A DNA stretch of 64,000 nucleotides, from assembly GCA_963702205.1 (NCBI GenBank), contig OY969724.1, positions 3,744,001 through 3,808,000 on the forward strand, written 5' to 3'. The notes beneath the pieces were generated by a model that had not been told where the DNA came from, searched no databases, and saw only the letters and a program-made list of their open reading frames with translations. Source of the stretch: an uncultured candidate division Zixibacteria bacterium. Lineage in GTDB: Bacteria; Zixibacteria; MSB-5A5; GN15; PGXB01. Every line of letters starts with the position of its first letter. The first letter of the stretch is position 1. Positions 48,539 to 60,408 of this stretch are shown piece by piece. The position numbers were made by a program, and so were the translations under genes.

Positions 48539-49819
48539 ATGATTACAGACACGATAGATTTCAGAAAAATAGTCAGGAACGAACCGGAATGGTTGTACAA
48601 GCTCCGGCGCGACAGTTGGAGTGCATACAACGACTCTCCTCTGCCCGACCGGGTAGTACATCTTTGGCGCTATACGCAGCCGGAAAGCTTCCTGGTCGAC
48701 AGACCGGGCGACCTCATGCAATCCGGGACGTCGCTTCCCAAAAACGATAAGCGAAAATTAATCGCGCTGTCCGATGAACAAGCGGCCCTGGGGTACAACC
48801 TGGCCGATATGACGACAGTCGCGCAGATTGCACCCGAATTGCTTGAGCAGCGCGTCCACTTCCTGGATTTGATGACCGCCGTCGAAACCGAAAGCGGTCC
48901 GGTCCAGGAATACCTCGGCCAACTGGTCGATTCATCTTTCGGCAAGTTCGAGGCTTTCAACCTGGCTCTATGGAACATCGGATTTTTCCTTTATATCCCT
49001 GACAATGTCGTCATTGAAAAGCCGATTTACCTGAACCGCATCCCAACCGGAAAAGAAACCATATCCAGACTATTGGTCGTAGCCGGAAAGAATTCCCAGG
49101 CGACGCTTATAGACAACTACCGCGATGACGCGGATTCCTCGGCCGGGCAGTTTAACAGTGTTATCGAAGTGTTCGCCGACGATCACAGTCGTATCCGTTA
49201 CGTTGGATTGCAGAATTTTTCGGAGCGCATCATCAATTATATGACTCAGCGCGCCAAAATCGGCAGCCAAAGCGATTTTCTGACTATCCAGGCCGTCCTC
49301 GGCAGTACCGTCTCCAAAGTCAACACCGGAACGATACTTAATGGTCGCGGAGCCAACAGCCGCATCTACAGCGTTTTATTCGGTGACAACAAACAGCACT
49401 TCGACCTGCACACCATGCACAACCACCGCAGTCACGAAGCCTATTCCAATATCGACGTCAAAGTCGTCCTGAAAGACAAGGCGACTTCGGCCTATACCGG
49501 CTTGATACGCATAGAAGAAAAAACAATCAACAACGAAGCCTATCAGGAAAATCGCAACCTGCTCTTGAATCCGGGGACGAAAGCGGAATCGATTCCGGAA
49601 CTTGAAATCCTGTCCGATGAAGTCCGCTGCACCCATGGAGCCACGATGGGCCCGATCGACCCGGACATGGTCTTTTATCTCAAGAGCCGGGGTATCGAAT
49701 ACGACCAGGCGGTGCGCATGATCGTATCGGGATTTTTCGAACCGACGATTCAGAAAATCCCGGAGGACCTGCACGATGCCGTGCGCGGGATAGTTATCAA
49801 TAAACTGGAGAATGAATGA
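48539..49819 (+). CDS. sufD: Fe-S cluster assembly protein
   Basis: W+YT motif, QENRNLLL, IPELEI, VRCTHGAT, FYLKSRG. Confidence 0.93.
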   Translation: MITDTIDFRKIVRNEPEWLYKLRRDSWSAYNDSPLPDRVVHLWRYTQPESFLVDRPGDLMQSGTSLPKNDKRKLIALSDEQAALGYNLADMTTVAQIAPELLEQRVHFLDLMTAVETESGPVQEYLGQLVDSSFGKFEAFNLALWNIGFFLYIPDNVVIEKPIYLNRIPTGKETISRLLVVAGKNSQATLIDNYRDDADSSAGQFNSVIEVFADDHSRIRYVGLQNFSERIINYMTQRAKIGSQSDFLTIQAVLGSTVSKVNTGTILNGRGANSRIYSVLFGDNKQHFDLHTMHNHRSHEAYSNIDVKVVLKDKATSAYTGLIRIEEKTINNEAYQENRNLLLNPGTKAESIPELEILSDEVRCTHGATMGPIDPDMVFYLKSRGIEYDQAVRMIVSGFFEPTIQKIPEDLHDAVRGIVINKLENE

Positions 49820-50135
49820 CATGGGAGAATATGTGAAAGTGTGCCGGGTCGATGACCTGGACGAAGGCGGAACGAAGAATATTAACGTCGACGGGCAATC
49901 GTTGCTTTTGGCCCGCACCGATGGTGCGATTTATGCCCTGGACGATTTATGCACACACGACGGCGGCGATCTGGCCGAAGGTAAAATAATCGAAGGACAG
50001 ATACAGTGCCCGCGTCACGGTGCCCAGTTCGACCTCAAAACCGGCGACGCCACCCAGATGCCGGCCGTTGCGGGTATAAACTCGTACGACGTTAAAGTCG
50101 AAAACGGGGACGTGCTGGTAGCACTGAAAGAGTAG
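49812..50135 (+). CDS. Rieske-type ferredoxin
   Basis: CTH...CPRH. Confidence 0.92.
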   Translation: MNDMGEYVKVCRVDDLDEGGTKNINVDGQSLLLARTDGAIYALDDLCTHDGGDLAEGKIIEGQIQCPRHGAQFDLKTGDATQMPAVAGINSYDVKVENGDVLVALKE

Positions 50136-50142
50136 GCGTACG

Positions 50143-51429
50143 ATGGGTGTAAAAACCGATCCCATAAAGGAAAAGACGGAACGGTGCTGTGACGGACCGT
50201 GCAATCTGGACGTCGCCAGAATCCGGGCCGATTTCCCGATTTTGTCGCGGAAGGTCAATGGCAGGAAACTTGTCTATTTCGACAGCGCCGCCACGACGCA
50301 GAAACCGGAATCGGTCATAAAGGCTGTTACGGAGTACTATTCGCTGCACAACGCCAACGTGCATCGCGGCATACACACCCTGGCCGACGAGGCCACGACC
50401 GCCTACGAAAACACCCGGCGCAAGATAGCGGCCTTTATCAACTGCGACTACGATGAAGTAATTTACACCCGTAACGCCACCGAAGCTCTTAACACGATCG
50501 CATTCTCCTACGGACGCGCGCATCTCAAACCGGGCGACCGGATTGTCATCACGCAGATGGAACACCATGCCAACCTCGTGCCGTGGATTATGCTATCGAA
50601 GGAAACAGGAGCCGACCTGGCTTATATTCCGATCACCGACGACGGTTATCTCGATTTGAGCCATATCAATGAGATTTTAAATTCGAAGACTAAAATAGTC
50701 TCGCTGACCCACATGTCGAACGTGCTGGGGACGATCAACCCGGTCGAGGACATCGCCGAGCTGGCTCACAAAGTTGGCGCGGTGGTGGTTCTGGATGCGG
50801 CTCAAAGCGTGCCGCACTTGGCGGCCGACGTGCAGGACCTCGGTATCGACTTTATGGCCTTCTCGGCCCACAAGATGCTCGGCCCGACCGGGCTCGGTAT
50901 TCTGTATGGCCGACGCGAACTACTGAACGTCCTGCAGCCTTTCGAATTCGGTGGCGAGATGATCCGCAAAGTCACTTTTGACGACGTCACCTGGAACGAT
51001 CTGCCGCACAAATTCGAGGCCGGGACACCGCATATCGCCGGGGCTTGCGCTTTCGGTCCGGCCATCGACTATTTAAACGAGCTGGGTATGGACAACATCC
51101 GCGCCCACGAGATCGAACTGACCCGTTATACGCTTAATAAACTGGCCGAACTGGATTTTATCATAGTTTACGGACCGACCGATCCCAATCATCGCGGCGG
51201 AGCCGTGACCTTCAACGACGTCAATATCCATCCCCACGATCTGGCGACTTTTCTCGATATGCAGGGTATCGCCGTACGGGCGGGACATCATTGCGCCCAG
51301 CCGCTGCATCGTCTGTTGGGGACGGTCGCGACAACCCGGGCCAGCTTTTATATGTATAATACAAAGAGCGAAGTGGACCTCTTGATTGAGGCCCTGAAAG
51401 AATCACGGAGGTATTTCGGATATGTCTGA
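50143..51429 (+). CDS. sufS: Cysteine desulfurase (type II)
   Basis: YFDSAATTQKP, MEHHAN, FSAHKMLGPTG, RAGHHCA. Confidence 0.96.
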   Translation: MGVKTDPIKEKTERCCDGPCNLDVARIRADFPILSRKVNGRKLVYFDSAATTQKPESVIKAVTEYYSLHNANVHRGIHTLADEATTAYENTRRKIAAFINCDYDEVIYTRNATEALNTIAFSYGRAHLKPGDRIVITQMEHHANLVPWIMLSKETGADLAYIPITDDGYLDLSHINEILNSKTKIVSLTHMSNVLGTINPVEDIAELAHKVGAVVVLDAAQSVPHLAADVQDLGIDFMAFSAHKMLGPTGLGILYGRRELLNVLQPFEFGGEMIRKVTFDDVTWNDLPHKFEAGTPHIAGACAFGPAIDYLNELGMDNIRAHEIELTRYTLNKLAELDFIIVYGPTDPNHRGGAVTFNDVNIHPHDLATFLDMQGIAVRAGHHCAQPLHRLLGTVATTRASFYMYNTKSEVDLLIEALKESRRYFGYV

Positions 51430-51931
51430 ACGACTCGATCAACTGTACCGCGATGTGATTATGGAGCATTATAAGTTTCCACGGGGGAGCAAAGATATAG
51501 AAAACGCCGACATGGACAATCAGGGACAGAACCCGGCCTGCGGCGATGAAATCGAAGTGAAAGTCAAGCTCGAAGGCGACCGCGTCAAGGATGTCTCGGT
51601 GTCGTGCATGGGTTGCGCCATTTCGGTGGCATCGGGATCGATGCTGGCCGAAGCGATCGAAGGTAAAACCCTGGCGGAAGTTAAGAATATCGCGAAGGTC
51701 GTCAAGGCTTTATTGAAAGGTGAGGAGCTTCCTTCGGATATTAACATACACGAGCTGGGCGATATAGAAGTCCTTCAGGGCGTGCGCAAATTCCCGGTCC
51801 GGGTCAAGTGCGCTCTTCTATCCTGGACGACCCTGGTCGATGCCATCGATTCTTTCGAGGCCGGTAAAACGACCGAACTGAATATATCGACTACCCAGGA
51901 AAATCACGCGAACCATAACCATGCACATTAA
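51422..51931 (+). CDS. sufU: SUF-system NifU-like sulfur acceptor
   Basis: NPACGDE, GCAISVAS, PVRVKCALL. Confidence 0.93.
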   Translation: MSERLDQLYRDVIMEHYKFPRGSKDIENADMDNQGQNPACGDEIEVKVKLEGDRVKDVSVSCMGCAISVASGSMLAEAIEGKTLAEVKNIAKVVKALLKGEELPSDINIHELGDIEVLQGVRKFPVRVKCALLSWTTLVDAIDSFEAGKTTELNISTTQENHANHNHAH

Positions 51932-51937
51932 TACACT

Positions 51938-52240
51938 ATGTTAGATAAAGTTACCATTCTCGAAAGACTCGCACCCATCCAGGATCCCGAAATAGGGATC
52001 GGAATCGTTGACCTCGGGCTTATTTATAATATCGAGGTCAATGACGGCAAGGATGTCAAAATCGTCATGACTCTGACCACCCCGGCTTGTCCCTATGGTC
52101 CGGAGCTTCTGACCGTCATCGACAAAGAAATCCGGGACATGGGTGCCAATAAGATCGATATCGAACTGGTCTGGGATCCGCCGTGGAACCCCGAAGAAAT
52201 GGCGTCTGAATACGCCAAAGACCGGTTGGGTATCTGGTAA
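51938..52240 (+). CDS. sufT: DUF59/SufT Fe-S maturation protein
   Basis: DPEIG, DLGLIY, TLTTPACP, WDPPW. Confidence 0.88.
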   Translation: MLDKVTILERLAPIQDPEIGIGIVDLGLIYNIEVNDGKDVKIVMTLTTPACPYGPELLTVIDKEIRDMGANKIDIELVWDPPWNPEEMASEYAKDRLGIW

Positions 52241-52266
52241 AGCTGCCTCTTTGTACTTTGCTCTCT

Positions 52267-52302
52267 AAAAAAAAGCCCCCGCCGAAAGGTGAGGGCTTTT
52301 TT
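52267..52302. terminator. Bidirectional intrinsic terminator after suf
   Basis: A8-GCCCCCGCC-GAAA-GGTGAGGGC-T6. Confidence 0.8.
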
Positions 52303-52330
52303 GTAATTATTCGTACTATATCTTACGTAT

Positions 52331-52455
52331 GTTCCGTCGGGTCTTGTCCCGACAAAGTCGGGATGTGACCCGACGGCTCCATGGTTATTTAAATGCGGAT
52401 AGAAAACCGGCAGGTCACACGTCCCGATAAATGGGGACGCAAGACCTGCCGGAAC
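52331..52455. repeat. REPIN-like element with GTTC-capped inverted halves, each carrying an inner hairpin
   Basis: GTTCCGTCGGGTC-[TCCCGACAAAGTCGGGA]-GACCCGACGG ... CCGGCAGGTC-[GTCCCGATAAATGGGGAC]-GACCTGCCGGAAC. Confidence 0.75.
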
Positions 52456-52513
52456 AATAGATTTACAGCAGGCCCAAGGTGGGCTTTTTTTATATCGTAT
52501 TTTTCAGAATTGC

Positions 52514-53269
52514 TTATCCCATAATGTTCCGGCCGCCGTCGACCGTAATAAACTGCCCGCAGATCATGACGGCCTCATCCGACGCCAGATACGCCACCAC
52601 CCGCGCGATGTCCTCCGGCTCGACAATGCGACCCATCGGCGTATGAAACACGGCGTGACCGAGGACTTTCTGCGCCCCCGGTATGGACCGCGATGATTTG
52701 GTATCGGCCAGCCCGGCCAGAATACCGTTGACAATGACTCCTTTGGGTGCCAATTCAAAAGCCAGCCCGCGCGTGATCGATTCCAGCGCGGCCTTGGCCG
52801 GTCCCACCAGCCCGTAGCCGGGGATAACCCGCTGACCACCGTCGGATGTAATACTGATAATTCTCCCCCAGCCATCCATAAGCGGCACTGCCCGGCGCGC
52901 CATATCCAGAAGCGAACGGGCTGAGGACGCCATCGTTACGTCCCAGTGCTTGGTTGTCGAATAGAACATCGATCCCGGCACACCAAAAGCGGCGTTGGCC
53001 ACGACAATATCGAGCCTGCCGCACTCGGATTTTATCGTGTCGAAAAGTTTGTCCAGACTATCTTCTTTGCCGATATCGGCGCGGACGGCCACGGCATTGC
53101 CTTTAGCAGCCTTGATTTCATCGACGACCGTTTGCGCATCGGTCATGCTGCGTCTGAAATTGACGACGACTTTGCAGCCTTCGGCGGCCAGACGTTTCGA
53201 AATGGCGGCTCCGAAACCGCGCGCCCCGCCCGTGACGAGTGCACATTTTCCCCTCAACTCAGGATACAT
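52514..53269 (-). CDS. SDR oxidoreductase, FabL-like enoyl-ACP reductase
   Basis: VTGGARGFG, VANAAFG, Y-x6-K (YGLVGPAK), FITVDGG. Confidence 0.82.
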   Translation of the reverse strand: MYPELRGKCALVTGGARGFGAAISKRLAAEGCKVVVNFRRSMTDAQTVVDEIKAAKGNAVAVRADIGKEDSLDKLFDTIKSECGRLDIVVANAAFGVPGSMFYSTTKHWDVTMASSARSLLDMARRAVPLMDGWGRIISITSDGGQRVIPGYGLVGPAKAALESITRGLAFELAPKGVIVNGILAGLADTKSSRSIPGAQKVLGHAVFHTPMGRIVEPEDIARVVAYLASDEAVMICGQFITVDGGRNIMG

Positions 53270-53385
53270 AAAATCTCCATAAAATTACAATCCGCGATGA
53301 TAGACTTAATCTATCTTCAATATCTGCTTGTTTCAAGTTTTAAATAACCCCCATTACGGATTGATGTTCCCGCAATACGTCCCGA

Positions 53386-53417
53386 AATAAAAAGGGGCGC
53401 CATCTGATGGCGCCCCT
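53386..53417 (-). terminator. Intrinsic terminator after the dockerin-enzyme trio
   Basis: AGGGGCGCCATC/GATGGCGCCCCT inverted repeat with A-run on the left. Confidence 0.75.
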
Positions 53418-53440
53418 GAAATCCGTTTATGTCCAACAAC

Positions 53441-55633
53441 TTACGGGCAAATCAATTCCGCCCCTGAACCGTAGACCTTTTCGATCAACGTCAGAATGTC
53501 TATCAGATTGATGGCCCCGTCGGCGTTGACGTCGCCGGATTCGTACGGGTCGGGAGCCGGTCCCGGAGGCGTATCATAACGATAGCTTATCAAAAGCAGT
53601 ATATCGATCAGGTCGATATTCCCGTCGTGCGAAGCATCGCCGCAGGTGAACGGCAGGGAAACAATGCTCGTAAGTGATGCCGGTGCGTAATCCATGTACG
53701 GTCCGGTCATAAGCGGCAAATAGGTATTATAGCCGTCCAGCGCGATCGTAGCGGATTTGTCGGACGTGGCCGACGCCGGTATCCGGAAACGCAAAACAAG
53801 AACCGGGCCGGAGCCGGGTTGGAGATCGGGCAAAGATATATCGATCTTGCTGATCGTGAAGGTGCCTCTCCGGAAGTACGGATCGGCGTGGACCTGCGCG
53901 ACCTTGTCGAAGAATTCCGTCCGGCAGCCTGTCGTAAAGAACGTATCCAGAGTCAAATTCAAATTCCCGGAATATTCAACCGGTATCTTCAACTTGCTGA
54001 CAGGCACGTTGTTGTTGAGATTGATGACAACGTCCACCAGTTCTCCGGGTTCGCCGAAAGTATTGGGAGCTTTAAGCGTATCGGCCAGGGCTATCACCGC
54101 CGCCGGCATAGTGCAGGAACGTATATCACCCCCGGCGTCGACCTGCAAAGTTACATCGTGCATCCCGGGCTGATTGAACAGATGACCCGCCGTGCGCCCG
54201 TTGGCGGTACCGCCGTCGCCGAAATCCCAGGTCCAGCTATCGACCGCCAGCCGCGAACTCCCCTCGAAATTCACGTATATCGGAGCCCAGCCGTACGGAT
54301 AATCCGTCTCGAACGACACCCCCAGTTCGGCCATGGCTTTTATGCAGAAATTGGCGGTGGTGTCATCCTCGTACAAATCCTGCCAGTACGTACCGTTCCA
54401 ATAGTAGCTTTCGCCCGGGTGCGACGATGACTCCACGGTCGTTCGATACTTGGCACCCAGCAGCACGGGAACGTCGGACGTTCGATCGTAGGCATGGCCG
54501 CCGTTGGACAGCGATATGTAAACGAAAAAAGAATCGCCGCGCGTCAGGTGCAGAGGAGTATCCAGGTCCATCGTATGATATCCCCTGTGTTCGATAAGCC
54601 CGGTTTTTGAAAACAGGACGTCGCGCAGCTGCCCTCCATCGAAGCGGTCATATATTTTGGCAGTATAAGTAACGTTTTCCCCGGCCGAATAAAAACTCAA
54701 GGCCGTCAGAACTTCCCCGTTTTCGGCTTCGAAGGCGTTGAACGCCTCGCTGACGTCCGTCCGAGTATCGCGCCAGCCGTGATAATCGTAGTAGTAGATA
54801 TTGTCGTAGGGTAACGGTCCGACGTCCTGAAACGAAACCGCTCCCATTTCCGGATTGTGACCGCAATGTTTGTCATAGTACGATATATAGAAATATCCCG
54901 AGTACCCCCAGCCGGTACCCCAGCTGTTTTTGCAAAGCCAGGCACCGGGCAGCGGCGCTTGCGTGGTCATATAGTCGTTCCATCCCACTATAGCTATGGC
55001 ATGATTCGGGTCGGTCGGGTTGCTCGGCGGCTGATAGTGCGTATATCCCGACATAAACGAACTGCTGTAACACATACAGGTTCCGACCGCTCCGTAATCC
55101 TTGACGGCCTGCTTGATCGTATTGATATTTTCGAGGTTGTCGCCCACCGTGTACCATTCGATTTGTCGGGGATAATAATAGTGATAGTCCGGGTTGGAAC
55201 GCGCCGCCGCCGTATCGAAAATCTGCCCGTCAATATCGCGGACGGCTCCTTCGCCCCGCGTCAAATACGCCGCGGCCACCAGATAGTCGCCCCCCTCGTG
55301 CACCACGAGTCCGGCCCCGGCCGGTGGATTGATATCGTCGTTGTTGTTCTGATTGAAACCGTTCCACCAGTCCAGGTGGTATTCGGCAAGATTCGGTTCG
55401 CCGTCTTCGTTGTTGGCTCTCCAATTTCCGGTCATCAAAAGGTTGCTTTCCATGGCCGACATCGTGCCGTGCGTCCAGCACGTGCCTCCCTGTTGATTCT
55501 TGACGGCCGTTACCATATCCCCGTTTGCGGTACTTCTTAAATCGTATGTGCTCGGCGGATCGGCCAGACTAACGTTGAAGAAACCGGCCATGATTACAAT
55601 CAGTGCTGCTTTTATCCAACGGCCCGACATCAT
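53441..55633 (-). CDS. Secreted papain-family (C1A) cysteine protease + lectin-like + PKD + cohesin-like + dockerin-like domains
   Basis: NQQGGTCW, NHAIAIVGW, KNSWG; PKD WTWDFGDG; cohesin-like GELVDVVI...GSGPVLVLRFRI; twin GD-x-N/S-x-DG loops at the C-terminus. Confidence 0.88.
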   Translation of the reverse strand: MMSGRWIKAALIVIMAGFFNVSLADPPSTYDLRSTANGDMVTAVKNQQGGTCWTHGTMSAMESNLLMTGNWRANNEDGEPNLAEYHLDWWNGFNQNNNDDINPPAGAGLVVHEGGDYLVAAAYLTRGEGAVRDIDGQIFDTAAARSNPDYHYYYPRQIEWYTVGDNLENINTIKQAVKDYGAVGTCMCYSSSFMSGYTHYQPPSNPTDPNHAIAIVGWNDYMTTQAPLPGAWLCKNSWGTGWGYSGYFYISYYDKHCGHNPEMGAVSFQDVGPLPYDNIYYYDYHGWRDTRTDVSEAFNAFEAENGEVLTALSFYSAGENVTYTAKIYDRFDGGQLRDVLFSKTGLIEHRGYHTMDLDTPLHLTRGDSFFVYISLSNGGHAYDRTSDVPVLLGAKYRTTVESSSHPGESYYWNGTYWQDLYEDDTTANFCIKAMAELGVSFETDYPYGWAPIYVNFEGSSRLAVDSWTWDFGDGGTANGRTAGHLFNQPGMHDVTLQVDAGGDIRSCTMPAAVIALADTLKAPNTFGEPGELVDVVINLNNNVPVSKLKIPVEYSGNLNLTLDTFFTTGCRTEFFDKVAQVHADPYFRRGTFTISKIDISLPDLQPGSGPVLVLRFRIPASATSDKSATIALDGYNTYLPLMTGPYMDYAPASLTSIVSLPFTCGDASHDGNIDLIDILLLISYRYDTPPGPAPDPYESGDVNADGAINLIDILTLIEKVYGSGAELICP

Positions 55634-55676
55634 ATTCCTCCAGTCAAGTTATAGTCCCCCATTATGTTCGTTTCAC

Positions 55677-57572
55677 CTAAAGTCCGTAATTGCACTCCAG
55701 CGTAGCTCCGCCACCGTACAGATCCTGAATCAGCAATAATATATCAAGCAGGTTCAGACTGCCGTCACTGTTGACGTCACCGGAACCGTATGGAATCGGG
55801 TCCGGCCCCGGAGGATCGGAATAAACGTTATCGATGAGGTACAAAATATCTATCAAATTTACGTTCATATCATTGTTGGCGTCCCCGCAGAGGACCGCAC
55901 AGGCATCACCAAAACCGTCGTGGTCGCTGTCGATCTGATCCGGATTATAGACGTTGACACAATTATCGCAGGCATCCCCGACGCCGTCGAGATCGGCATC
56001 TTCCCCGCCGGGATTCGCCACGTTGGGGCAGTTGTCGATCGCATCGGCGATACCGTCGTCATCGCTGTCTACCATCACGAAGGCGTACAGCCGGTCGTCG
56101 ACTATCGAATCCACGCGCACCGTGATACCGGTAAAGACGTCGCCGTAACCGTTGCTGTTGGGCGTGGAATGCGGCCCGAAAGTCCGTTGCCCGTCGGTTT
56201 CGTTCGACCAGGCCGCCGCCTTCCGGGTTTCGTACGGATACCACCACTGGGCGCTGTCGGTGACGTGCCCTTCGGGGTTGCTGGTCATATCCCGCGCCGG
56301 ATTGTACCCGGCGTCTTCCACGGCCACAGTATAGTGATCGTAAGTGGGCGTCCCGTAGTTTATCCTCGAATCTCCCTGGGCGGCCAGGTCATCGACGTGC
56401 GTGATTATCAGGCCCCGGTCGAGAGTGTCATTGCCGAAAGTCAGATTTGGCCAGAAATACGCACTGAAATCGGAGTCGGTCTTGTCGAACATACCCGTGG
56501 ACTCAGGATTTCGATATTCCAGCAGAAAATACTCCGTTCCGTCCTGGCTGATCGGGATACGGTACAGCGAATTATTCTGATGTGTCTCAATATCGTATAT
56601 GACAAGGTCCTCGTACAATGACGACGTCAAATTAACCGGTACTACCCAGCCCATTTCTTTCTTGCACCACCCAATCAGGTGCGGCGGCACCATTTTCTTT
56701 ATGGCCAATATACCATAGCCGCCATAACCCATAAGACACCAGTCGACCACCGGATGATCGTTGTCGTCGTTGGGAGTTTTGTAGGTCATGGTATCGAGCT
56801 TGGCATCATAATCGTACAAGTCAGGCAGCCCCAGCACGTGCGTTAATTCATGACACGAAACCGAAATCGAATTAAGAGAATCGACCCCGGAGTATTGAGT
56901 GGGATTCAAGGCACTCCGCAGCGGCATGGTTTCCGGCGACGTGCAAAAGCGGGTGATCCTGACCCCGTCCAGATAGGGGGCATATGCCTCTGACATGGTG
57001 AGGGCGTACGACCAGATGTCGTTGAGGCCTCCCGAGTCCTCCTGTCCGTTACCCGAGCGGATAAAAATCATGGCGTCCACGAATCCGTCACCGTCACCGT
57101 CGTATTGCGAATAATCGATGACATTATCAAGGTCGTAAAGTGCGTCTATAAAGCCCTGGTACTGTTCGAAATTGTTATACAAGCCCGGTGAATACCACCC
57201 GACGATATCACCGGTTATCTTTAACTGTCCGAAAGATACTTCATGAAAGTAATCGGCCACCGACCCGGCTGGCCATATGTTGCGCATGAAAATGGTACTA
57301 TCGAAGACTTCTTCGGGATAAGTGCCGGGACGATCGTTCCACTCCACCAGCACGACCAAAAGCCGGACCGAATCTCCGGCAAAACGGAAGGTCGTCATTT
57401 CTTTCAATTCATCGGGCGTAAGCTCAGAACCCGGTTGCTGGGTCGATAATGTCTTGAGTACCGCATCGGGAATGTCATAAACTACGGCTTTACCGATATC
57501 GAACGAATCGGCCATTCCCGAAACAACCAATAAAACCAACAGCCCTGCCAGATAACTAATCACTTTTTGCAT
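55677..57572 (-). CDS. Secreted M6 (immune inhibitor A) metalloprotease + TSP3 repeats + dockerin-like domain
   Basis: [50 protein letters not shown] repeats; start moved to 57572. Confidence 0.88.
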   Translation of the reverse strand: MQKVISYLAGLLVLLVVSGMADSFDIGKAVVYDIPDAVLKTLSTQQPGSELTPDELKEMTTFRFAGDSVRLLVVLVEWNDRPGTYPEEVFDSTIFMRNIWPAGSVADYFHEVSFGQLKITGDIVGWYSPGLYNNFEQYQGFIDALYDLDNVIDYSQYDGDGDGFVDAMIFIRSGNGQEDSGGLNDIWSYALTMSEAYAPYLDGVRITRFCTSPETMPLRSALNPTQYSGVDSLNSISVSCHELTHVLGLPDLYDYDAKLDTMTYKTPNDDNDHPVVDWCLMGYGGYGILAIKKMVPPHLIGWCKKEMGWVVPVNLTSSLYEDLVIYDIETHQNNSLYRIPISQDGTEYFLLEYRNPESTGMFDKTDSDFSAYFWPNLTFGNDTLDRGLIITHVDDLAAQGDSRINYGTPTYDHYTVAVEDAGYNPARDMTSNPEGHVTDSAQWWYPYETRKAAAWSNETDGQRTFGPHSTPNSNGYGDVFTGITVRVDSIVDDRLYAFVMVDSDDDGIADAIDNCPNVANPGGEDADLDGVGDACDNCVNVYNPDQIDSDHDGFGDACAVLCGDANNDMNVNLIDILYLIDNVYSDPPGPDPIPYGSGDVNSDGSLNLLDILLLIQDLYGGGATLECNYGL

Positions 57573-57612
57573 CCCATGCTCTCCGGTTGTCCACAATATT
57601 ATGTCAAAATTT

Positions 57613-60408
57613 CTACTTGCAATTCAACGGCGTCCCCGAACCGTAAATGTTTTCTATCACCGCCAGGATATCCAGCAGGTTCAGCGCATTATCCGAGTTC
57701 ACGTCACCCGCCTCAATCGGCGTCGGGTCTGGTCCCTGGGGATTTCCGTAAATATTGTCTATCAGGTACAATATATCGATCAGGTTTACCGCCCTGTCGC
57801 CGTTGGCATCGCCGCAAATATAATCGCAGGCATCGCCGATGTTGTCGCCGTCGGAGTCGGCCTGATCGGGATTATATACGTCCACGCAATTGTCGCACAG
57901 GTCACCCACACCATCACCGTCGGTGTCGGCCTGGTTATTATTGGCGACGTTTATGCAATTGTCGCAGGAATCGCCGACCAGATCGCCGTCGGTGTCTTCC
58001 TGCAAAGGATTATAGGTATTGGGACAGTTATCTTCCGACGCAATAATGCCGTCGCCGTCGGCGTCGCTCATATCGGGCAGGATAGTCTTATACATTGATC
58101 GCCCGTGCGTCCCCGCTATTAAAGTCCGGCTGGCCGGATGAAAATCGATATCGTTGACAACCATCATCGGCCCGGAATTTCCGAGCACTTCCCAGTGGGC
58201 GCCGAGATCGTACGATATGAACACACCAACGTCCGTTCCGACAAACAGGGTACTGGTATTGTCCGGATCGACGAGGATATCATTGACCGGGGCGTCGATC
58301 AGTCCCCCGCCGATCGAAGTCCAGCTCTGACCGTAATCGTCCGAACGATACACATGCGAACCGAAGTCGCCTTCGTCGTAACCGGACAGGGTGACGTACG
58401 CTATCGAGGCATCGGTCGGATCGGGCGTCACTCTCGTTATCCAATGGCTCGGAAGACCGGCGGTGATGTCCGTCCACGAGGTCCCGCCGTTCTGCGTCAC
58501 CGCGACCGTCCCGTCGTCGTACCCGATATAAATCACCTGAGAATCGGTCGGCGCCAGGCCGATGGTCGTTATCGTGCCGAATACAAGATCCCCGGTACCG
58601 GGACCGTTACTAAGGTCGCCGCTTATGGGCGTCCACGAATTGGTGGCGTCTATCGTCTTCCACAGACGATTGGATCCGTAGTACAAAATGTTCGAATGGT
58701 GCGGGTCCATCGCGAACGGCGTATTCCAGTTGTGACGATCGACGTCATAGCCAGCAGTCGGATAGGCCCAGGTCCACCCCCCCGAGCTAAAATTGTATCT
58801 GAGCATAACGCCATACTGATATTCGACATAATACACGCTGGGATCGTCATAGTTGATTTCGACATAAAACCCGTCACCGCCGAAAACGCGCTCATAGTCA
58901 CCGATACCGCCGGTCATGGTGCGCATGGTTCCGTTGTCCTGGGCACCTCCGTAAAGCCGTATCGGGTTAGTGGGGTCGATGCGGACGTCGTAAAATTGCG
59001 TACTCGGCTGGGCATGGTACGTCACCCAGCTGTCGCCTCTCGACGTGGTATAGTTCACCCCGCCGTCGCAGCCGTCATATATCCGGTTATGGTTCGATGG
59101 CATAATGTACATGGCGTGGTGGTCGACGTGAATATTGTCGTCCTTTGGAGCCCAGGTAAAGCCGCCGTCGACCGTTCTGTACAGATCCACTCCGAGCACA
59201 AAACACAAATCGGGTTCACCGGGAGCGACCCGAATTTGACCGAAATACCACCCGAAGCCCCCCATCATATTTTTCAAAGACCCGTCGATCGTCCTCCACC
59301 ACGAATCGCCCAGGTTGGTGCTTTTATACACGCCCATGAAACTGCCGGGGTGCGAATTGATCACGGCATAAACCGTCTGTGATTCAGGATCGACTGAAAT
59401 CCCGATGCGACCCAAAGTATCGGATTGTGGCGGAAGAGCCGTTATCGGACTAAGGTGCATGTTTTCCCAGGTATCTCCGAAGTCTTCCGAGCGGTACAGT
59501 CCGCTGGTAATACCGCCCACCCGCCGATCGTTCGGAGTGCGAAAACGATACCACATGGCGGCGAAGACCGTCCCGGTTGACGGGTGCAGAGCGACGTCAA
59601 CACATCCGGTCGTGTCGTTTATGAAAAGCTTTTGTTCCCAGGTATCACCGCCGTTCTCGGAGCGGTATAGCCCGCGCTCGGAATTCGTCCCGAACAGACT
59701 GCCCATCACCGCCACGTACACGGTGTCCGGACGGAGGGGGTCGACCACAATCCGGCCGATATGATAGCTGTGGGGCAGCCCCTTGAACTCCCAGGTGGCG
59801 CCGCCGTCGATTGTTTTATATATGCCGGTTCCGGAATAGGAACTGCCGGATGAATTGGACTCCCCGGTGCCGACATAAAGAATATTCGAATTGGTCGGAT
59901 CAAGAGCAATCGCACCGATCGACGGCGTCCCGACGTTGTCGAAAATCGGCGTCCAGCTCAGTCCGAAATCGACCGACTTAAACACACCTCCCGCCGCCGA
60001 TGAGGCATAGATTACCTCCGGCTGGGCGGGATTAACAGCCAGGTCGGTGATGCGGCCGGGGATATTGGTCGGGCCGGCTTCTTCCCAGACCACCGAACTG
60101 CTGTTGCGTTTAGCTGTTTTGGCCGCCGCGAAAACCTCGCGCGCCTGATCCAAGGCCTTTTTGGGCTGGTCGGCCGGAATCGACTTTTCCGGATAGGCTC
60201 TCTGGATATAAAACCAGTCGCTGGGCTTCTCTTTGGGGTGCGGGATAATCCCGTCCTGTCTCAATTTGGAATAAATCGGATCATGGAATTTGGCCGGTGT
60301 CTTTATGGTCGGAGTTTTATCGGGCGTGACATACGACGCCGACATCCCCAGAAAAACCAGCGAAAAAACGACCGGACCCAGACTACTGAACAATTTTCGG
60401 ATACGCAT
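57613..60408 (-). CDS. Secreted BNR/Asp-box (VPS10-like) beta-propeller + TSP3 repeats + dockerin-like domain
   Basis: Many S/T-x-D/N-x-G-x-T/S-W boxes, [24 protein letters not shown] repeats; CGDANGD. Confidence 0.88.
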   Translation of the reverse strand: MRIRKLFSSLGPVVFSLVFLGMSASYVTPDKTPTIKTPAKFHDPIYSKLRQDGIIPHPKEKPSDWFYIQRAYPEKSIPADQPKKALDQAREVFAAAKTAKRNSSSVVWEEAGPTNIPGRITDLAVNPAQPEVIYASSAAGGVFKSVDFGLSWTPIFDNVGTPSIGAIALDPTNSNILYVGTGESNSSGSSYSGTGIYKTIDGGATWEFKGLPHSYHIGRIVVDPLRPDTVYVAVMGSLFGTNSERGLYRSENGGDTWEQKLFINDTTGCVDVALHPSTGTVFAAMWYRFRTPNDRRVGGITSGLYRSEDFGDTWENMHLSPITALPPQSDTLGRIGISVDPESQTVYAVINSHPGSFMGVYKSTNLGDSWWRTIDGSLKNMMGGFGWYFGQIRVAPGEPDLCFVLGVDLYRTVDGGFTWAPKDDNIHVDHHAMYIMPSNHNRIYDGCDGGVNYTTSRGDSWVTYHAQPSTQFYDVRIDPTNPIRLYGGAQDNGTMRTMTGGIGDYERVFGGDGFYVEINYDDPSVYYVEYQYGVMLRYNFSSGGWTWAYPTAGYDVDRHNWNTPFAMDPHHSNILYYGSNRLWKTIDATNSWTPISGDLSNGPGTGDLVFGTITTIGLAPTDSQVIYIGYDDGTVAVTQNGGTSWTDITAGLPSHWITRVTPDPTDASIAYVTLSGYDEGDFGSHVYRSDDYGQSWTSIGGGLIDAPVNDILVDPDNTSTLFVGTDVGVFISYDLGAHWEVLGNSGPMMVVNDIDFHPASRTLIAGTHGRSMYKTILPDMSDADGDGIIASEDNCPNTYNPLQEDTDGDLVGDSCDNCINVANNNQADTDGDGVGDLCDNCVDVYNPDQADSDGDNIGDACDYICGDANGDRAVNLIDILYLIDNIYGNPQGPDPTPIEAGDVNSDNALNLLDILAVIENIYGSGTPLNCK

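Noticed and set aside
58138..59382. 414-aa plus-strand ORF (likewise 36466-37326 and 61417-62283)
   Set aside because: Antisense shadows of well-supported genes, as expected from codon bias.
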